Origin: Cyanobacteriota bacterium
GTDB taxonomy: Bacteria; Cyanobacteriota; Cyanobacteriia; Thermostichales; Thermostichaceae
DNA length: 28,180 nt
NCBI GenBank assembly: GCA_033764955.1
Contig: JANRIL010000014.1
Location: 1 to 28,180, forward strand
Direction of reading: 5' to 3'
Position numbers and translations under genes: made by a program. This document shows, piece by piece, positions 1-9,743 of the stretch; position 1 is the stretch's first letter, and every line of letters starts with the position of its first letter. The notes beneath the pieces were generated by a model. The model made no database searches and was not told the origin of the DNA. It saw only the letters and a program-made list of their open reading frames with translations.

Positions 1-47
1 GAAAAGTCTTGGACACACCATCTAGTTAGATTGCTCGTTTCCTCCTT

Positions 48-141
48 CTCCCCTTCTCTCGCCTCCGGCATTGGTCAGGGGAGTGTCGTCAACTCGCACG
101 CATTCTTCCCCACGCTCACCCGAAGCGGGTAGAGCGCGGGG
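48..141. mobile_element. Possible IS200/IS605-family end remnants (two subterminal hairpins, no transposase in view)
   Basis: Stem CTCCCCT(48-54)/AGGGGAG(77-83) is followed by TGTCGTCAA, resembling a right end (GGGGAG..GTCAA). A GC-rich imperfect hairpin at 108-141 reads CCCCGCGCTCTACCCGCTTCGGGTGAGCGTGGGG on the minus strand and is followed by AAGAATGCG rather than a U-tract. Family resemblance is from memory. Confidence 0.35.
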
Positions 142-175
142 TTGCTGCTGCTTTAGCTCAACCACTACTCAAGGG

Positions 176-1036
176 CTAATCCCCCCAAGCGCTTTTTTGC
201 AAGATGGGTAACTGCACCCTTGCCACCTCTGGAACGTTGCCCAACCAGGTTACCGCTCGATCCGCGAACCTATCGGGATCCCCACTCACAAAAAACTGGG
301 TAGAGACTGAGTGCAAACTAGTTTGGCGCAATCCCCAAAAATCCAGTTCCTGACTAATCGCCGTCACTAGGGCTAAGGCCGGATCTAAGCGCCGAACGTG
401 ACGGGGCAGCAGAGACTTGATTAACGGATCCAAAAGGGGGTAGTGGGTGCAACCATAGACAAGGGTATCCATGCCTTTTGCCAGCAGGGGTTGTAGATAA
501 TCCATGGCTAGCAAGCGCAGTTGAGGATCCCGCCAATTACCCCCTTCAATCATTGGCACAAACTCAGGACAACTTTGCTCCCAGCATTGGACGGTTCGGT
601 TTAACTCCTGCCCACTCTCCTGAATCGCCTGCTCATAAGCATGACTGGCTACCGTGGCTGCTGTTGCCAAGATGCCGATGCGGGATCCCTGTTGTACCGC
701 CAAGCGTGCCCCCGGCAAAATCACCCCTAAGATGGGCACCGGACACCAGGGACGCAAAGCATCCAAAGCTAGGGCAGAACTGGTGTTGCAGGCCATGACA
801 ATCATCTTGACTGGACGGGCCACCAACCAGCTCATAATTTCGGCGGCCCAGGTTCTAATCTCGGCGGGTGTATGGGATCCGTAGGGAACGCGAGCGCTAT
901 CGGCAAAATAAATCAACGATTCATAGGGTAACTGCTGCCGCAGGCGACGCCAGACGGTCAGTCCCCCTAGCCCGCTATCAAACAACCCAATGGGTAGGGC
1001 GGGATTTCGTAAAAGCGGATCGGTCGTGATCATCAT
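176..1036 (-). CDS. murI: Glutamate racemase
   Basis: Motifs IGLFDSGLGGL, ACNTSS and GCTHYP (two catalytic Cys). ATG at 1036 or 1033 is preferred over the TTG at 1042. Confidence 0.97.
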   Translation of the reverse strand: MMITTDPLLRNPALPIGLFDSGLGGLTVWRRLRQQLPYESLIYFADSARVPYGSHTPAEIRTWAAEIMSWLVARPVKMIVMACNTSSALALDALRPWCPVPILGVILPGARLAVQQGSRIGILATAATVASHAYEQAIQESGQELNRTVQCWEQSCPEFVPMIEGGNWRDPQLRLLAMDYLQPLLAKGMDTLVYGCTHYPLLDPLIKSLLPRHVRRLDPALALVTAISQELDFWGLRQTSLHSVSTQFFVSGDPDRFADRAVTWLGNVPEVARVQLPILQKSAWGD

Positions 1037-1106
1037 CTTCAAGGGTTCACATCCTCACTACCACCATTATCAAGCTTCTCGACGGAATGGGAAAACGGTT
1101 AGCATC

Positions 1107-3092
1107 CTAGGGAGTTCCGCGCAGGTATTGTTCAATCCCTTGGGCAATCGCCTGAGCCAGTTGCGCCTGATATTCAGGGCTAGCCAGCCGCCGTCCCTCC
1201 GCTGGATTCGTAACATACCCCATCTCTAGCAAAACGGAGGGCATGGTGGTCGGAGTTTCCCGCACCATAAAGAAGCGGGCGCGTCTCACCCCCCGGTCGG
1301 CAGCCCCCGTAGCTTGCACCATATTTTGATGCATGACGGTGGCAAGGCGGGCACTATCTGGGCGCAAATAATAGGTTTCGATCCCGCTCACTCCAGAACG
1401 ATCCAGAGCATTGGCGTGAATGCTCACCAAGATCGAGGCTTGACTGGCTACCGCCGTATCCACCCGTGGTTGCAATAAAATCTCGCGGTCATCGGTGCGG
1501 GTTAAAACCACGCCAATGCCTTTGGCCTGTAGCCGTTGGGCGACTTGCTGGGCGACGGACAAGGTAATGTGTTTTTCTTGAATGCCATCCACACCCACCG
1601 CTCCGGGATCCCGTCCGCCATGTCCGGCGTCGAGAGCCACTATCGCCTGTCCGGCAGGAATCGTGGGAGCACTAAAACTAAAGGTCGAGCCATCGGCGGC
1701 TTGCAGTTGCAGGTCAATACGGCGGGTACCCTGCCCGGGGGCAGATTCAATCACTGTAAATTCTTGGGCAGGCTGCACCAAAATGCTGACGGTTTGGGGA
1801 CTCTCTTGCAAAAAGCGAATGCGCTCGACCGGTCCATCGGCGGGCAGGTTAGGATCCGGCAGGGTGGCGGGTAGGCGAGCAGGTGTGACCGAAATGCGAT
1901 AGCCCCCACTGGAGGGATCCCAGCCACTGCGATAAAACAAAAAACCATCGGCGGTTATGGTTAACTGGCTGCCCTGCAATTGCACCGATTGAATCGTCGC
2001 CAACGAGCCTTGATAGTTGCTGGGAGCGTCCGGTAGCAGGCTCGACTGTTGTTGTCCTCCGGCGGGCACAATGCGAATCCCCCCCTGCTGAGGATCGTAG
2101 ATGGTTTCCCAGTCGCCCGCCGAGGGATCCACCTCCAGCACCACCCGCGTCACCGTCGGTTCAAATTGCCCTACCCGCACGCGACTTACCCCCAAGCGGT
2201 TGACACTCCAATTGCGTTGGCTGAGGGCTTTACTGAGGGTGGTATCTAGCAGATCAATCAAGATGCGGTCGGGATCCGCAATCCGCCGCACACTCGCGGA
2301 GGCAGATCCGGTGGTCTTAACCAAAAAGCCCTCTTCTAAGGTGCTGATTGCCAAAACCTCAACTCCTCCTGATGAAGTGACAGAAGGCAGAGGGGGAGTA
2401 GCCGGCAGGGGAGGTGGGCTGATGCCGGGGGGCAATAGAGGGGTAAAGCGGGGAATCGGGGTGGGAAGGGGGGTAGAACTGACAAGCGGCAAGAGGGGGG
2501 TAAAACGGGGAATCGGAGTGGAAAGGGGAGGAGGAGGACTCCCACTGGTTATGTTCGCGGTGGGCAGAGCTAAATTGGCGGCGTTGGTAAATTGCACAGC
2601 CCAGCGTTGGGGATCCGCCGTTTGTAGTTGTAGTTGTTGGAGGGTGAGGGGCTGGCTGGGATCCACGGTCATGACAAAGCGGGTCACCGTATCGGTCATT
2701 TGACTGACTTGCAACGTCTGCACCCGTCCCGGATAGCTAGCCGATTGGGGATCCCGACCCAAGCGGGTATTGGGGAAATCGACGACCACTCGTGGCGGAT
2801 TTTGCAGGATGAATAGAGAGGGGCGAACCGCTCCCGTGGTGGTGACTTCCAGGCGACCCGTTTCGGGTTGATAATCCCAGGAGTCAAGGCGAGCGGGTGG
2901 GGCAGCCGTTGGCGAGGATGGGGAGAGGGGTGGCGGCGATAGGGGATCGGTGGCTTGGGCAAAAGCCGATAAAGGTAACAACAGACTTACACCAAAAGCC
3001 AACGTGAGGGGAGCTAGCGTTCGGGATCCCCACCTCCCCCCAGCCCACCCCAAATAGGGCACTAGCGGCCATGCGTAGCGTTTTTTTGACAT
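1107..3092 (-). CDS. amiC: N-acetylmuramoyl-L-alanine amidase with N-terminal AMIN domains
   Basis: Signal-like N-terminus (LSAFA), AMIN-like segments (NPPRVVVDF, DPDRILIDL, RVGQFEPTVTRVVL), and an Amidase_3 domain (LDAGHGGRDPGA, E, SIHANA, SVLLEMGY). Confidence 0.93.
   Translation of the reverse strand: MSKKRYAWPLVPYLGWAGGRWGSRTLAPLTLAFGVSLLLPLSAFAQATDPLSPPPLSPSSPTAAPPARLDSWDYQPETGRLEVTTTGAVRPSLFILQNPPRVVVDFPNTRLGRDPQSASYPGRVQTLQVSQMTDTVTRFVMTVDPSQPLTLQQLQLQTADPQRWAVQFTNAANLALPTANITSGSPPPPLSTPIPRFTPLLPLVSSTPLPTPIPRFTPLLPPGISPPPLPATPPLPSVTSSGGVEVLAISTLEEGFLVKTTGSASASVRRIADPDRILIDLLDTTLSKALSQRNWSVNRLGVSRVRVGQFEPTVTRVVLEVDPSAGDWETIYDPQQGGIRIVPAGGQQQSSLLPDAPSNYQGSLATIQSVQLQGSQLTITADGFLFYRSGWDPSSGGYRISVTPARLPATLPDPNLPADGPVERIRFLQESPQTVSILVQPAQEFTVIESAPGQGTRRIDLQLQAADGSTFSFSAPTIPAGQAIVALDAGHGGRDPGAVGVDGIQEKHITLSVAQQVAQRLQAKGIGVVLTRTDDREILLQPRVDTAVASQASILVSIHANALDRSGVSGIETYYLRPDSARLATVMHQNMVQATGAADRGVRRARFFMVRETPTTMPSVLLEMGYVTNPAEGRRLASPEYQAQLAQAIAQGIEQYLRGTP
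2431..2528 (-). repeat. In-frame 57-nt-period duplication encoding TPIPRFTPLLP twice in the amidase Pro-rich linker
   Basis: Copies start at 2431 (ggcaatagaggggtaaagcggggaatcgggg) and 2488 (ggcaagaggggggtaaaacggggaatcggag). Confidence 0.85.
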
Positions 3093-3200
3093 TTGATTGG
3101 GTAATCCTCCGCCACACCTGCTGCACTCAACTATACCAACCCCCTTTGCGGTGATGCGGGTATTTCCCGTAAATTTGCAGCTAAGTGGTTGGAGAAAGGG

Positions 3201-4223
3201 TCAGATGGAGTAGCTAAAGGGAAAGGCTTTCGCCTCTTTTAACTTGACGTAGACATGCTGCCCCGGCTGAATTTGTAAGCCCTGAAACTGTTCACGGTTC
3301 ATGTGTACGGTGACAAGCTGGTGATCGTCAAAAACCAGCTCTGTTTGCACCTCCCAGCCTAGGTGAATGATGCGATTGACTTTGGCGGATACCCCACTGC
3401 TAGCGGGATCCGTCTCGATCAAGACATCATGAGGGCGCAAAAACACCTGCTGCCCATCCAAATTGCAGTGGGGAGGGGATCCCTGCAAAATAAACGAGTC
3501 GCTGGCTAGGACGTTGACAGGGCCAATAAAGCTCATAACAAAGGCATTGGCGGGGTGATCATAAATGTGGGCGGGGGATCCCACCTGCTGAACCCGTCCC
3601 TCATGCATCACCACGAGTTGATCCGCCACTTCCATCGCTTCTTCTTGGTCATGGGTGACAAATACGGTGGTCACATGCACCTCATCGTGCAAACGACGTA
3701 GCCAAGCCCGCAGATCCTTACGGACTTTGGCATCTAACGCCCCAAAAGGCTCGTCTAGCAACAATACCTGCGGCTCTACCGCCAGCGAACGAGCCAGTGC
3801 CACCCGTTGCCGCTGTCCACCCGATAGTTGGGAGGGATAGCGATCCCCTAGCCCCTTAAGTTGAATCAAATTCAGCAATTCTTCTACCCGCTTCTGCACC
3901 TTTGCTTTCGGTTGTTTGCGAATTTGCAGACCAAAGGCAATGTTCTCGCGGACGCTCATATGCTTAAAGAGGGCGTAGTGCTGAAAAACAAAGCCAATGT
4001 TGCGATCCTGGACACTTTGGTGGGTGGCATCTTTGCCCGTCAACCAAATTCGTCCCGTGTCCGGCATCTCTAATCCAGCAATCAATCTCAGAAGGGTTGA
4101 CTTGCCAGAGCCGGAAGGTCCCAACAATGCCACCAGGGATCCCGAAGCAATATTCAGGTTGACATCCGCCACTGCCTGAAAGCTGCCAAAGCGTTTCGAG
4201 ACATTTTCTACAACAATTGCCAC
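3201..4223 (-). CDS. cysA: Sulfate/thiosulfate ABC transporter ATP-binding subunit
   Basis: Walker [43 protein letters not shown] and a C-terminal TOBE-like region. GGGAGG Shine-Dalgarno precedes the GTG start. Confidence 0.95.
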   Translation of the reverse strand: MAIVVENVSKRFGSFQAVADVNLNIASGSLVALLGPSGSGKSTLLRLIAGLEMPDTGRIWLTGKDATHQSVQDRNIGFVFQHYALFKHMSVRENIAFGLQIRKQPKAKVQKRVEELLNLIQLKGLGDRYPSQLSGGQRQRVALARSLAVEPQVLLLDEPFGALDAKVRKDLRAWLRRLHDEVHVTTVFVTHDQEEAMEVADQLVVMHEGRVQQVGSPAHIYDHPANAFVMSFIGPVNVLASDSFILQGSPPHCNLDGQQVFLRPHDVLIETDPASSGVSAKVNRIIHLGWEVQTELVFDDHQLVTVHMNREQFQGLQIQPGQHVYVKLKEAKAFPFSYSI

Positions 4224-4569
4224 GCACGACCTCCCTTGTTGACCTCAATCCTCTGAGAATTGGAACTCAATCAGTTTCTGCTTTTGTCAAGCTTAGATTG
4301 GAACGCATTTCGAGTACAAGTCTAACGTAACCTCGATCACAAAGTCCAGTATTCCGACCAAGTTACCGTAGAATCTATCATGCTTTCGTTCCAAAGGTGG
4401 GGATCCCGGCTCAACCGCCACAGACAAAGGGATCCCTAAATCACAACCCAACCCATCCATACTGTTCAACGGCAGGAGATTACCTTGTTTGACTTTAAGT
4501 ATTACAATTCTTGCTTAAGCGATGGGGGGAGTAATGATAGAAGACGTATCTTCAAGCTTGGGATAGCCC

Positions 4570-4909
4570 ATGGAGGAACGGGAAAAATCCCCCCAGCTAA
4601 ATACGCCTCAGCCACAAATATTTGAGGCATTCCTTGGTCCAGGGGGAGCCGTGGTTCGGGGAGCAGCAATCACTCAAGTAGAGGCTGAGCGTAGGAGGCT
4701 GAGTGGAAAAGATGTGGTAGTGTGCGGGTCATCTCTTTTTTGATAACCATAGACTCGCTGAAGAAATTGAGAAGAATGCTAATGGCAATGCCAAGCGATG
4801 CCCTCCCCATAACAGTGCTGGCTCACGTGCTCTTCCACACTACCAGCCGGATCCAAGACCTCCTGAGGGACATACCTTACTATGAGACACAAATCGAAAG
4901 GCTATCTGA
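4570..4909 (+). pseudogene. Frameshifted small His/Pro-rich hypothetical gene (about 110 aa if repaired), not in the ORF track
   Basis: ATG 4570 reads MEEREK...IFEAFLGPGGAVVRGAAITQVEAERRRLSGKDVVVCGSSLF* (TGA 4741-4743, at the end of a T6 run). Removing one T continues DNHRLAEEIEKNANGNAKRCPPHNSAGSRALPHYQPDPRPPEGHT. A second, compensated +1/-1 pair near 4879-4891 would give HTFYET-NRKAI* ending at 4909, 8 nt before the next ATG. Confidence 0.65.
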
Positions 4910-4917
4910 ATCAGGCC

Positions 4918-5439
4918 ATGCATTTCTTTACCCCAGAACTATACATACAGTTCAACTCATCAGATGCTGAGATAGCGGATAAAGCTGACGAAGCGTGGGA
5001 AGTTGCACTCCAAGAATATCAACATCACCTTGAGAGAATCCGCCCTGCAATGCCTCCACAGGTTGCTAAGATTTCGGAACTCGGTCTTCATGATGCTGAA
5101 GTTCTGAAGCTGCAACAAGAGGTAGAAATCCTTCCATACTCTTTCCCTCTAGCAACCATAATCAACCTTAAGCAAGGCAGAGAGATTTTGTCTTTGATTT
5201 ATATACTTTATGCGCCGACTCGTAGCTACTCTGCTAAGGATGGATGGCATTTTTCTAAGCTGCGAAAGCATTGGCTCTATGATGAGTTTGACACACAAAG
5301 CAGCAAAGGCAGCCTATTTCTTCATCGCATCTTATTTAGTGATGGGAGTGTGCTTGAGATCCCATTCTTGTTTGTGATTACTTCCAGCTTCAGATTGCCA
5401 GGGGAAGATGAAAATGAGATTAGCAGGCAGATTGCTTAG
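4918..5439 (+). CDS. Hypothetical protein, DUF4085-like (MHFFT..LHDAE..WLYDE..HRILF motifs)
   Basis: Part of ORF 4882..5439. ATG 4918 gives an MxF/YFT N-terminus typical of this family as recalled. The DNA is AT-richer and lacks GGGATCCC. Confidence 0.7.
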   Translation: MHFFTPELYIQFNSSDAEIADKADEAWEVALQEYQHHLERIRPAMPPQVAKISELGLHDAEVLKLQQEVEILPYSFPLATIINLKQGREILSLIYILYAPTRSYSAKDGWHFSKLRKHWLYDEFDTQSSKGSLFLHRILFSDGSVLEIPFLFVITSSFRLPGEDENEISRQIA

Positions 5440-5648
5440 GTCTTTCTAATTCCCAAGAAATTGGTAAATCTCACAAATATCAAACGATAGCTTAATAGTA
5501 CACAAAAGGAGCCAGAATATAATATTCTAGACCCACAAAAGTATTAAACTCTCATGAAGGCTCTCTGCCACTTCCAACAGGGAACCTTCATTGTTCGGGT
5601 TAGTTTAGCTGTTAAGATTTTGATGTGGATAAGCTTTTGAGTTTAAGC

Positions 5649-5677
5649 TTGACAAGACAACCCAACTGACCTAGCAT
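5649..5677 (+). promoter_or_regulatory. Sigma70-type promoter for the 5772/6142 genes
   Basis: TTGACA (5649-5654), 17-nt spacer, TAGCAT (5672-5677). Confidence 0.55.
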
Positions 5678-5771
5678 GATGACGCAATTTTATGGTTTTA
5701 AGGGCTAGGATATCGTGTCTCAGCCCTCTTTTTTCGTTTATTAACGTAACGTTCAACACTATTGGCATCGT

Positions 5772-6089
5772 ATGTATATCTCTGAAGAGCATTTGCCTCC
5801 TGACCTGCATCAGCTTGTCATCGATATTAAACAGGCCAGGAATCAGCGGCAAGGAGATTGTTTGAGCCTTTTACAACTTTTGCGCTTATTAGAAGATCTG
5901 CATCGTTCTATCCTAGAAGAGGAGTTTCAGGCTGCTTTACCCAGTACTCGTCAAGATCTGCATCGATTTTTACTGGATCTGGAAGAGGCAGGGAACTGGC
6001 CTTATATTCCCCGCACTCATCTGCGAACCTTAATCCAAAGGTTAGTCATGTCTGAATCCCGTTCCCCGGCAGCGGATAGCGAAAGATAA
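5772..6089 (+). CDS. Conserved cyanobacterial hypothetical protein
   Basis: 105-aa helical ORF with LLRLLEDLHR..LPSTRQ..GNWPYIPR, a pattern recalled from cyanobacterial proteins encoded next to SUA5/YciO genes. Confidence 0.8.
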   Translation: MYISEEHLPPDLHQLVIDIKQARNQRQGDCLSLLQLLRLLEDLHRSILEEEFQAALPSTRQDLHRFLLDLEEAGNWPYIPRTHLRTLIQRLVMSESRSPAADSER

Positions 6090-6141
6090 GCCTCGCTGAT
6101 GGGTTACTTGCTCATTCCCTTCCTTTAGGCGGGATCCCTTT

Positions 6142-6777
6142 ATGTCTCTTCACTTTCACCTTCATCCTGAATATCCGCAGCCCCACCTGGTTAGCGCCAT
6201 CGTGGAGGCACTCCGGCAAGGCTCAATTATGCTCTATCCCACCGATACGGTCTATGCCATTGGCTGCGATGTCACCGTCAAGTCGGCAGTAGAACGGGTG
6301 CGCCGACTCAAGCAGCTCTCCAACAGCAAGCCCCTTACCTTTTTGTGCCCTTCCCTTTCCCAAATAGCCGCTTATGCACAGGTCTCCGATACCGCCTATC
6401 GTCTGATGAAACGGCTGATCCCAGGCCCTTATACCTTTTTGTTACCCGCCACCAAGTTAGTACCCAAGCTGCTGTTGGATCCTAAGCGGAAAACCACAGG
6501 GATCCGCGTCCCCGACTCCGTAATTTGCCAGACGCTTCTGGGGGCACTAGGCAATCCAATCGTTTCCACTTCGGCCAAGTTGGCAGGGGAATTGTTGGGT
6601 GATTTACCCCTCACTCCCGATGACCTGGAACCCTTAGAAAAACAAGTTGACCTGATTGTGAATGATAGTACCCCCCTTCGCTCCCTGGTTTCTACGGTGA
6701 TTGACTTCACTCAAGCAGAACCAGAAATTGTCAGGCGGGGTCTTGGCTACGACATCGTAGCCGATTTGTTAGCTTGA
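6142..6777 (+). CDS. Sua5/YciO/YrdC family protein (threonylcarbamoyl-AMP synthase-like)
   Basis: Motifs YPTDTVYAIGC, KPLT, PGPYTF, GIRVP, STSA and STVID. Confidence 0.92.
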   Translation: MSLHFHLHPEYPQPHLVSAIVEALRQGSIMLYPTDTVYAIGCDVTVKSAVERVRRLKQLSNSKPLTFLCPSLSQIAAYAQVSDTAYRLMKRLIPGPYTFLLPATKLVPKLLLDPKRKTTGIRVPDSVICQTLLGALGNPIVSTSAKLAGELLGDLPLTPDDLEPLEKQVDLIVNDSTPLRSLVSTVIDFTQAEPEIVRRGLGYDIVADLLA

Positions 6778-6785
6778 GCAGGATC

Positions 6786-7565
6786 CTAGAGGGAACGCCC
6801 CGCCAACAAATCCTCCCCAACCACAACATCCAAGGAGGGGGATCCCCGCAATAGCCCAGTGGTATAGATCGTGTAGACCTTCCCTGCTGCCAACTCTAGG
6901 TCTATCGATTTGAGGGGACTATCAGTTCGCATCGGTTGGAGGGTGGGGGTTTCGGCTGCTTCCTCCGGCGAGGCGGGTAAGGTTTCGCGGAGATTGAGGG
7001 TGAGAAATCCCGGATCAACCGCTTGATAATCGGAGGCTTCCCCAAAGACTAGCTCCCCAACTACCACCTCCTGATCTACTTGCCACTCTAGGGCAGGAGC
7101 ATCGGGCACGGCATGGACAAAACGAACCAGTGCCTGACCAAATAGGGGCTGCACATCGTCATTGAGAACAATCGCCGTTAGCCGCGAAACCTCGTCAATC
7201 GCTACCACCGAAAAAACCCCATCTGCCTCTAGGTCTGCCAATGTGTCCGTCAAGATGCTGCGACCAAACTGAAACTCATCGCTGAGCGCCCAGTTGGGAG
7301 AAAACAAATTGAGATCATACTCACCCGCCGGCAACGCTACATAGGTGCTGATCTGTCCATAGGAATGGGTTTCTAGCACCGTTGAATCCCCCGCCATGAG
7401 GCCGACTCCCTTCGTATTGGGGGAGACATGCACCAATCGCACATTGACTTGATCAATTTCTGCTGCTGCGGAGGGAGAAGACGCCGAGCAACTGCTCAGT
7501 CCGCCTGAAATCAACCCTCCCAAGAGGAGAAGCCCTCCTCCCATTAGCCACCGTGTTAATACCAT
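6786..7565 (-). CDS. DUF4397-domain putative lipoprotein
   Basis: Hydrophobic signal with an LSSC lipobox. Two repeats, VRLVHVSPN and VRFVHAVPDAP, are characteristic of DUF4397. Confidence 0.8.
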   Translation of the reverse strand: MVLTRWLMGGGLLLLGGLISGGLSSCSASSPSAAAEIDQVNVRLVHVSPNTKGVGLMAGDSTVLETHSYGQISTYVALPAGEYDLNLFSPNWALSDEFQFGRSILTDTLADLEADGVFSVVAIDEVSRLTAIVLNDDVQPLFGQALVRFVHAVPDAPALEWQVDQEVVVGELVFGEASDYQAVDPGFLTLNLRETLPASPEEAAETPTLQPMRTDSPLKSIDLELAAGKVYTIYTTGLLRGSPSLDVVVGEDLLAGRSL

Positions 7566-7759
7566 GAGCCAACTCCCAACTCCTCACACAAAGCTCACAC
7601 AAAAAATGGATGTGGGGACTGGTTTGGCTAAGCGCTCCTCTCATCTTTACAAAAAATGAGTTAATTATTCCTAGCGAGTCAATCCTCACTTTCCATAAGT
7701 CCTGACTTTCTTGTATCCTAAATCGACTGAAAATGCTAGGGACTCAGGACTCATCAAAA

Positions 7760-7781
7760 GAGGGATCCCTAGGGATCCCTC
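7760..7781. repeat. Tandem GGGATCCC HIP pair forming a perfect 22-bp palindrome
   Basis: GAGGGATCCCTAGGGATCCCTC is its own reverse complement. Confidence 0.9.
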
Positions 7782-7889
7782 ATGACTTTACCCAGAAACG
7801 GCTAACAAGTTTTAGACCACCAACAAAATCTCAGGCGGCAAATCCAGAAGGAGGATGGGATCCTAATCTTAAACCTCTATTCCGATGTC

Positions 7890-9101
7890 CTAGAGATCGG
7901 TGAGAGCGGCAATACCCGGCAGTTCCTTTCCTTCTAGCAGCTCCAAACTGGCTCCGCCCCCTGTTGAGATATGAGACATTTGCTCAGCTAACCCCACCTT
8001 CTCAACAGCGGCTACGGAGTCGCCTCCTCCAATAATGGTGATGGATCCCTCTCCAGTCAGACCCGCCAAGGTGCGAGCAATCGCCTCCGTTCCTACCGCA
8101 AAACGATCAAACTCAAATACACCCATCGGGCCATTCCAGATCACGGTTTTGCAGCCCGCCAGAGCCACCTGAAAGGTTTCTACGGAAGCAGATCCAATAT
8201 CGAGTCCCATCCATCCCTCAGGAATGGCGTTGACAGAGACGGTTTGGGCTTGGGCATCGGCAGCAAATTGATCGGCCACGACCACATCAACGGGCAGCAA
8301 CAGCTCTACCCCCTTATCTTTAGCCTTTTGCATGAGCATTTTGGCGAGATCCAGCTTATCGGCCTCCACGAGGGACTTGCCCGTGCTCAAACCCTGAGCT
8401 TGATAAAAGGTAAAAATCATACCGCCGCCTAGCAGGAGCTTATCCACCTTTTCCAGGAGGGCTTCAATCACGCCAATTTTGCTAGAAACCTTGGAGCCAC
8501 CCACGATAGCCGCCAAAGGACGTTGAGGATTGTCGATTGCCCCTGAGAGAAATTGCAATTCTTTTTCCACTAAATAGCCTGCTACAGCGGGTTGGAGATA
8601 GGCGGTTACACCTGCTGTAGAAGCGTGAGCACGGTGAGCAGTGCCAAAGGCATCGTTGACAAACATATCGGCAAGAGAAGCCAGTTGTTTGGCAAAGGTT
8701 GGGTCGTTGGCTTCTTCCTCGGCATGAAAGCGGACATTTTCTAGCAGGGCAACTTGACCGGATTGGAGGGAATTGACGGCTGTTTCTGCCGCCGCTCCAA
8801 TACAGTCCTCAGCATAGACAACTGGCTGGCCGAGAAGGGTTTCTAAGCGCTTGGCGACCGGAGTGAGGCGGTATTTATCTTGCACCTTGCCATCAGGGCG
8901 GCCAAAGTGGCTGGTCAAGATGACCTTGGCTCCTGCGCCAGTCAGGGCTTGAATTGTCGGTAAGGCAGCACGGATTCTGGTGTCATCGGTGATATTGCGA
9001 TCGGCATCTAGCGGCACGTTGAAATCTGCTCTCACCAATACCCGTTTACCCGTGAGATCTGTTCCTGAAGCCAAGAGATTCGCTAAGGATTGCTTCGGCA
9101 T
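7890..9101 (-). CDS. pgk: Phosphoglycerate kinase
   Basis: Motifs [38 protein letters not shown] and [11 protein letters not shown]. Confidence 0.99.
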   Translation of the reverse strand: MPKQSLANLLASGTDLTGKRVLVRADFNVPLDADRNITDDTRIRAALPTIQALTGAGAKVILTSHFGRPDGKVQDKYRLTPVAKRLETLLGQPVVYAEDCIGAAAETAVNSLQSGQVALLENVRFHAEEEANDPTFAKQLASLADMFVNDAFGTAHRAHASTAGVTAYLQPAVAGYLVEKELQFLSGAIDNPQRPLAAIVGGSKVSSKIGVIEALLEKVDKLLLGGGMIFTFYQAQGLSTGKSLVEADKLDLAKMLMQKAKDKGVELLLPVDVVVADQFAADAQAQTVSVNAIPEGWMGLDIGSASVETFQVALAGCKTVIWNGPMGVFEFDRFAVGTEAIARTLAGLTGEGSITIIGGGDSVAAVEKVGLAEQMSHISTGGGASLELLEGKELPGIAALTDL

Positions 9102-9142
9102 GGCAAGAGTCTCCAGCTATATTTCTTAATGTTTTCTTTAGC

Positions 9143-9151
9143 ATTTTACCA
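9143..9151 (-). promoter_or_regulatory. Extended -10 element upstream of pgk
   Basis: TGGTAAAAT (TGnTAAAAT) on the minus strand, about 40 nt upstream of the ATG. Confidence 0.45.
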
Positions 9152-9461
9152 GAGAAGGGATCCCATCAAATCGTGCTTAGGCGGAGAGGGAGATGGCGAA
9201 CAAGGCTGAAATTAGGCTAGGGGTGTGACCAGACTTGAAATCAGGGCTTAGGGATTGAAAAAGCAAAAAGTATGTGACTAAGCCACGGGTCATGTTCCAA
9301 TGCAGAGTAGTCTCAGGGATCCTCCCTTCAGGCTGTGTTGGCAAGGCAATGGGATCGCTGATCATGGCAACTATAGCAGCACCAATTATTAAGAAAGTAA
9401 TCAGAACGAGGTTGGGGGACAAGACTCTCTACAATGAGAGGCAGGTTTTGGAGATTTCATC

Positions 9462-9698
9462 ATGGTTGCTCGTGGTTCCAAAGTGAGAGTTTTACGGAAG
9501 GAGTCTTACTGGTATCGGGATGTGGGCACTGTTGCTACCGTGGATACCAGTGGCATTCTCTATCCTGTGGTGGTGCGCTTCGACAAGCTCAACTACTACA
9601 ACATCAACACCAATAATTTCCGCGAAGATGAATTGCAGGAAATCGAAGCTCCTAAAGCCAAGAAAGCTCCGGCCAAGGCCGCCAAGAGCGAAGAGTAG
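9462..9698 (+). CDS. psaE: Photosystem I reaction centre subunit IV
   Basis: [38 protein letters not shown], with a Lys/Ala-rich tail. GGAG Shine-Dalgarno upstream. Confidence 0.98.
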   Translation: MVARGSKVRVLRKESYWYRDVGTVATVDTSGILYPVVVRFDKLNYYNINTNNFREDELQEIEAPKAKKAPAKAAKSEE

Positions 9699-9743
9699 CC
9701 GGGGCTGACCAGTGGGCTATTCAGGATCGGTGCGGGGTAAATA

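Noticed and set aside
1..47. Possible minus-strand gene start (ATG at 21) with AAGGAGG upstream
   Set aside because: Shine-Dalgarno spacing is 19 nt and only 7 codons are visible.
2101..2703. 200-aa plus-strand ORF, and the other short ORFs overlapping core genes
   Set aside because: Antisense or alternate-frame shadows of well-supported genes, with no recognisable motifs.
176..3092. amiC-murI adjacency (and psaE-mutM at 9462-10616)
   Set aside because: Known conserved cyanobacterial gene orders, not novel.
4327..4340. NtcA-like GTA-N8-CAC upstream of cysA
   Set aside because: Mismatch in the conserved TAC half and no supporting promoter spacing.
4722..4970. 82-aa plus-strand ORF
   Set aside because: Overlaps both the reconstructed pseudogene and the 4918 gene in another frame; only its YET segment seems meaningful.
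9177..9422. 81-aa hydrophobic minus-strand ORF between pgk and psaE
   Set aside because: TTG start, no recognised family, and it fills the divergent promoter region. Cannot be supported without homology.
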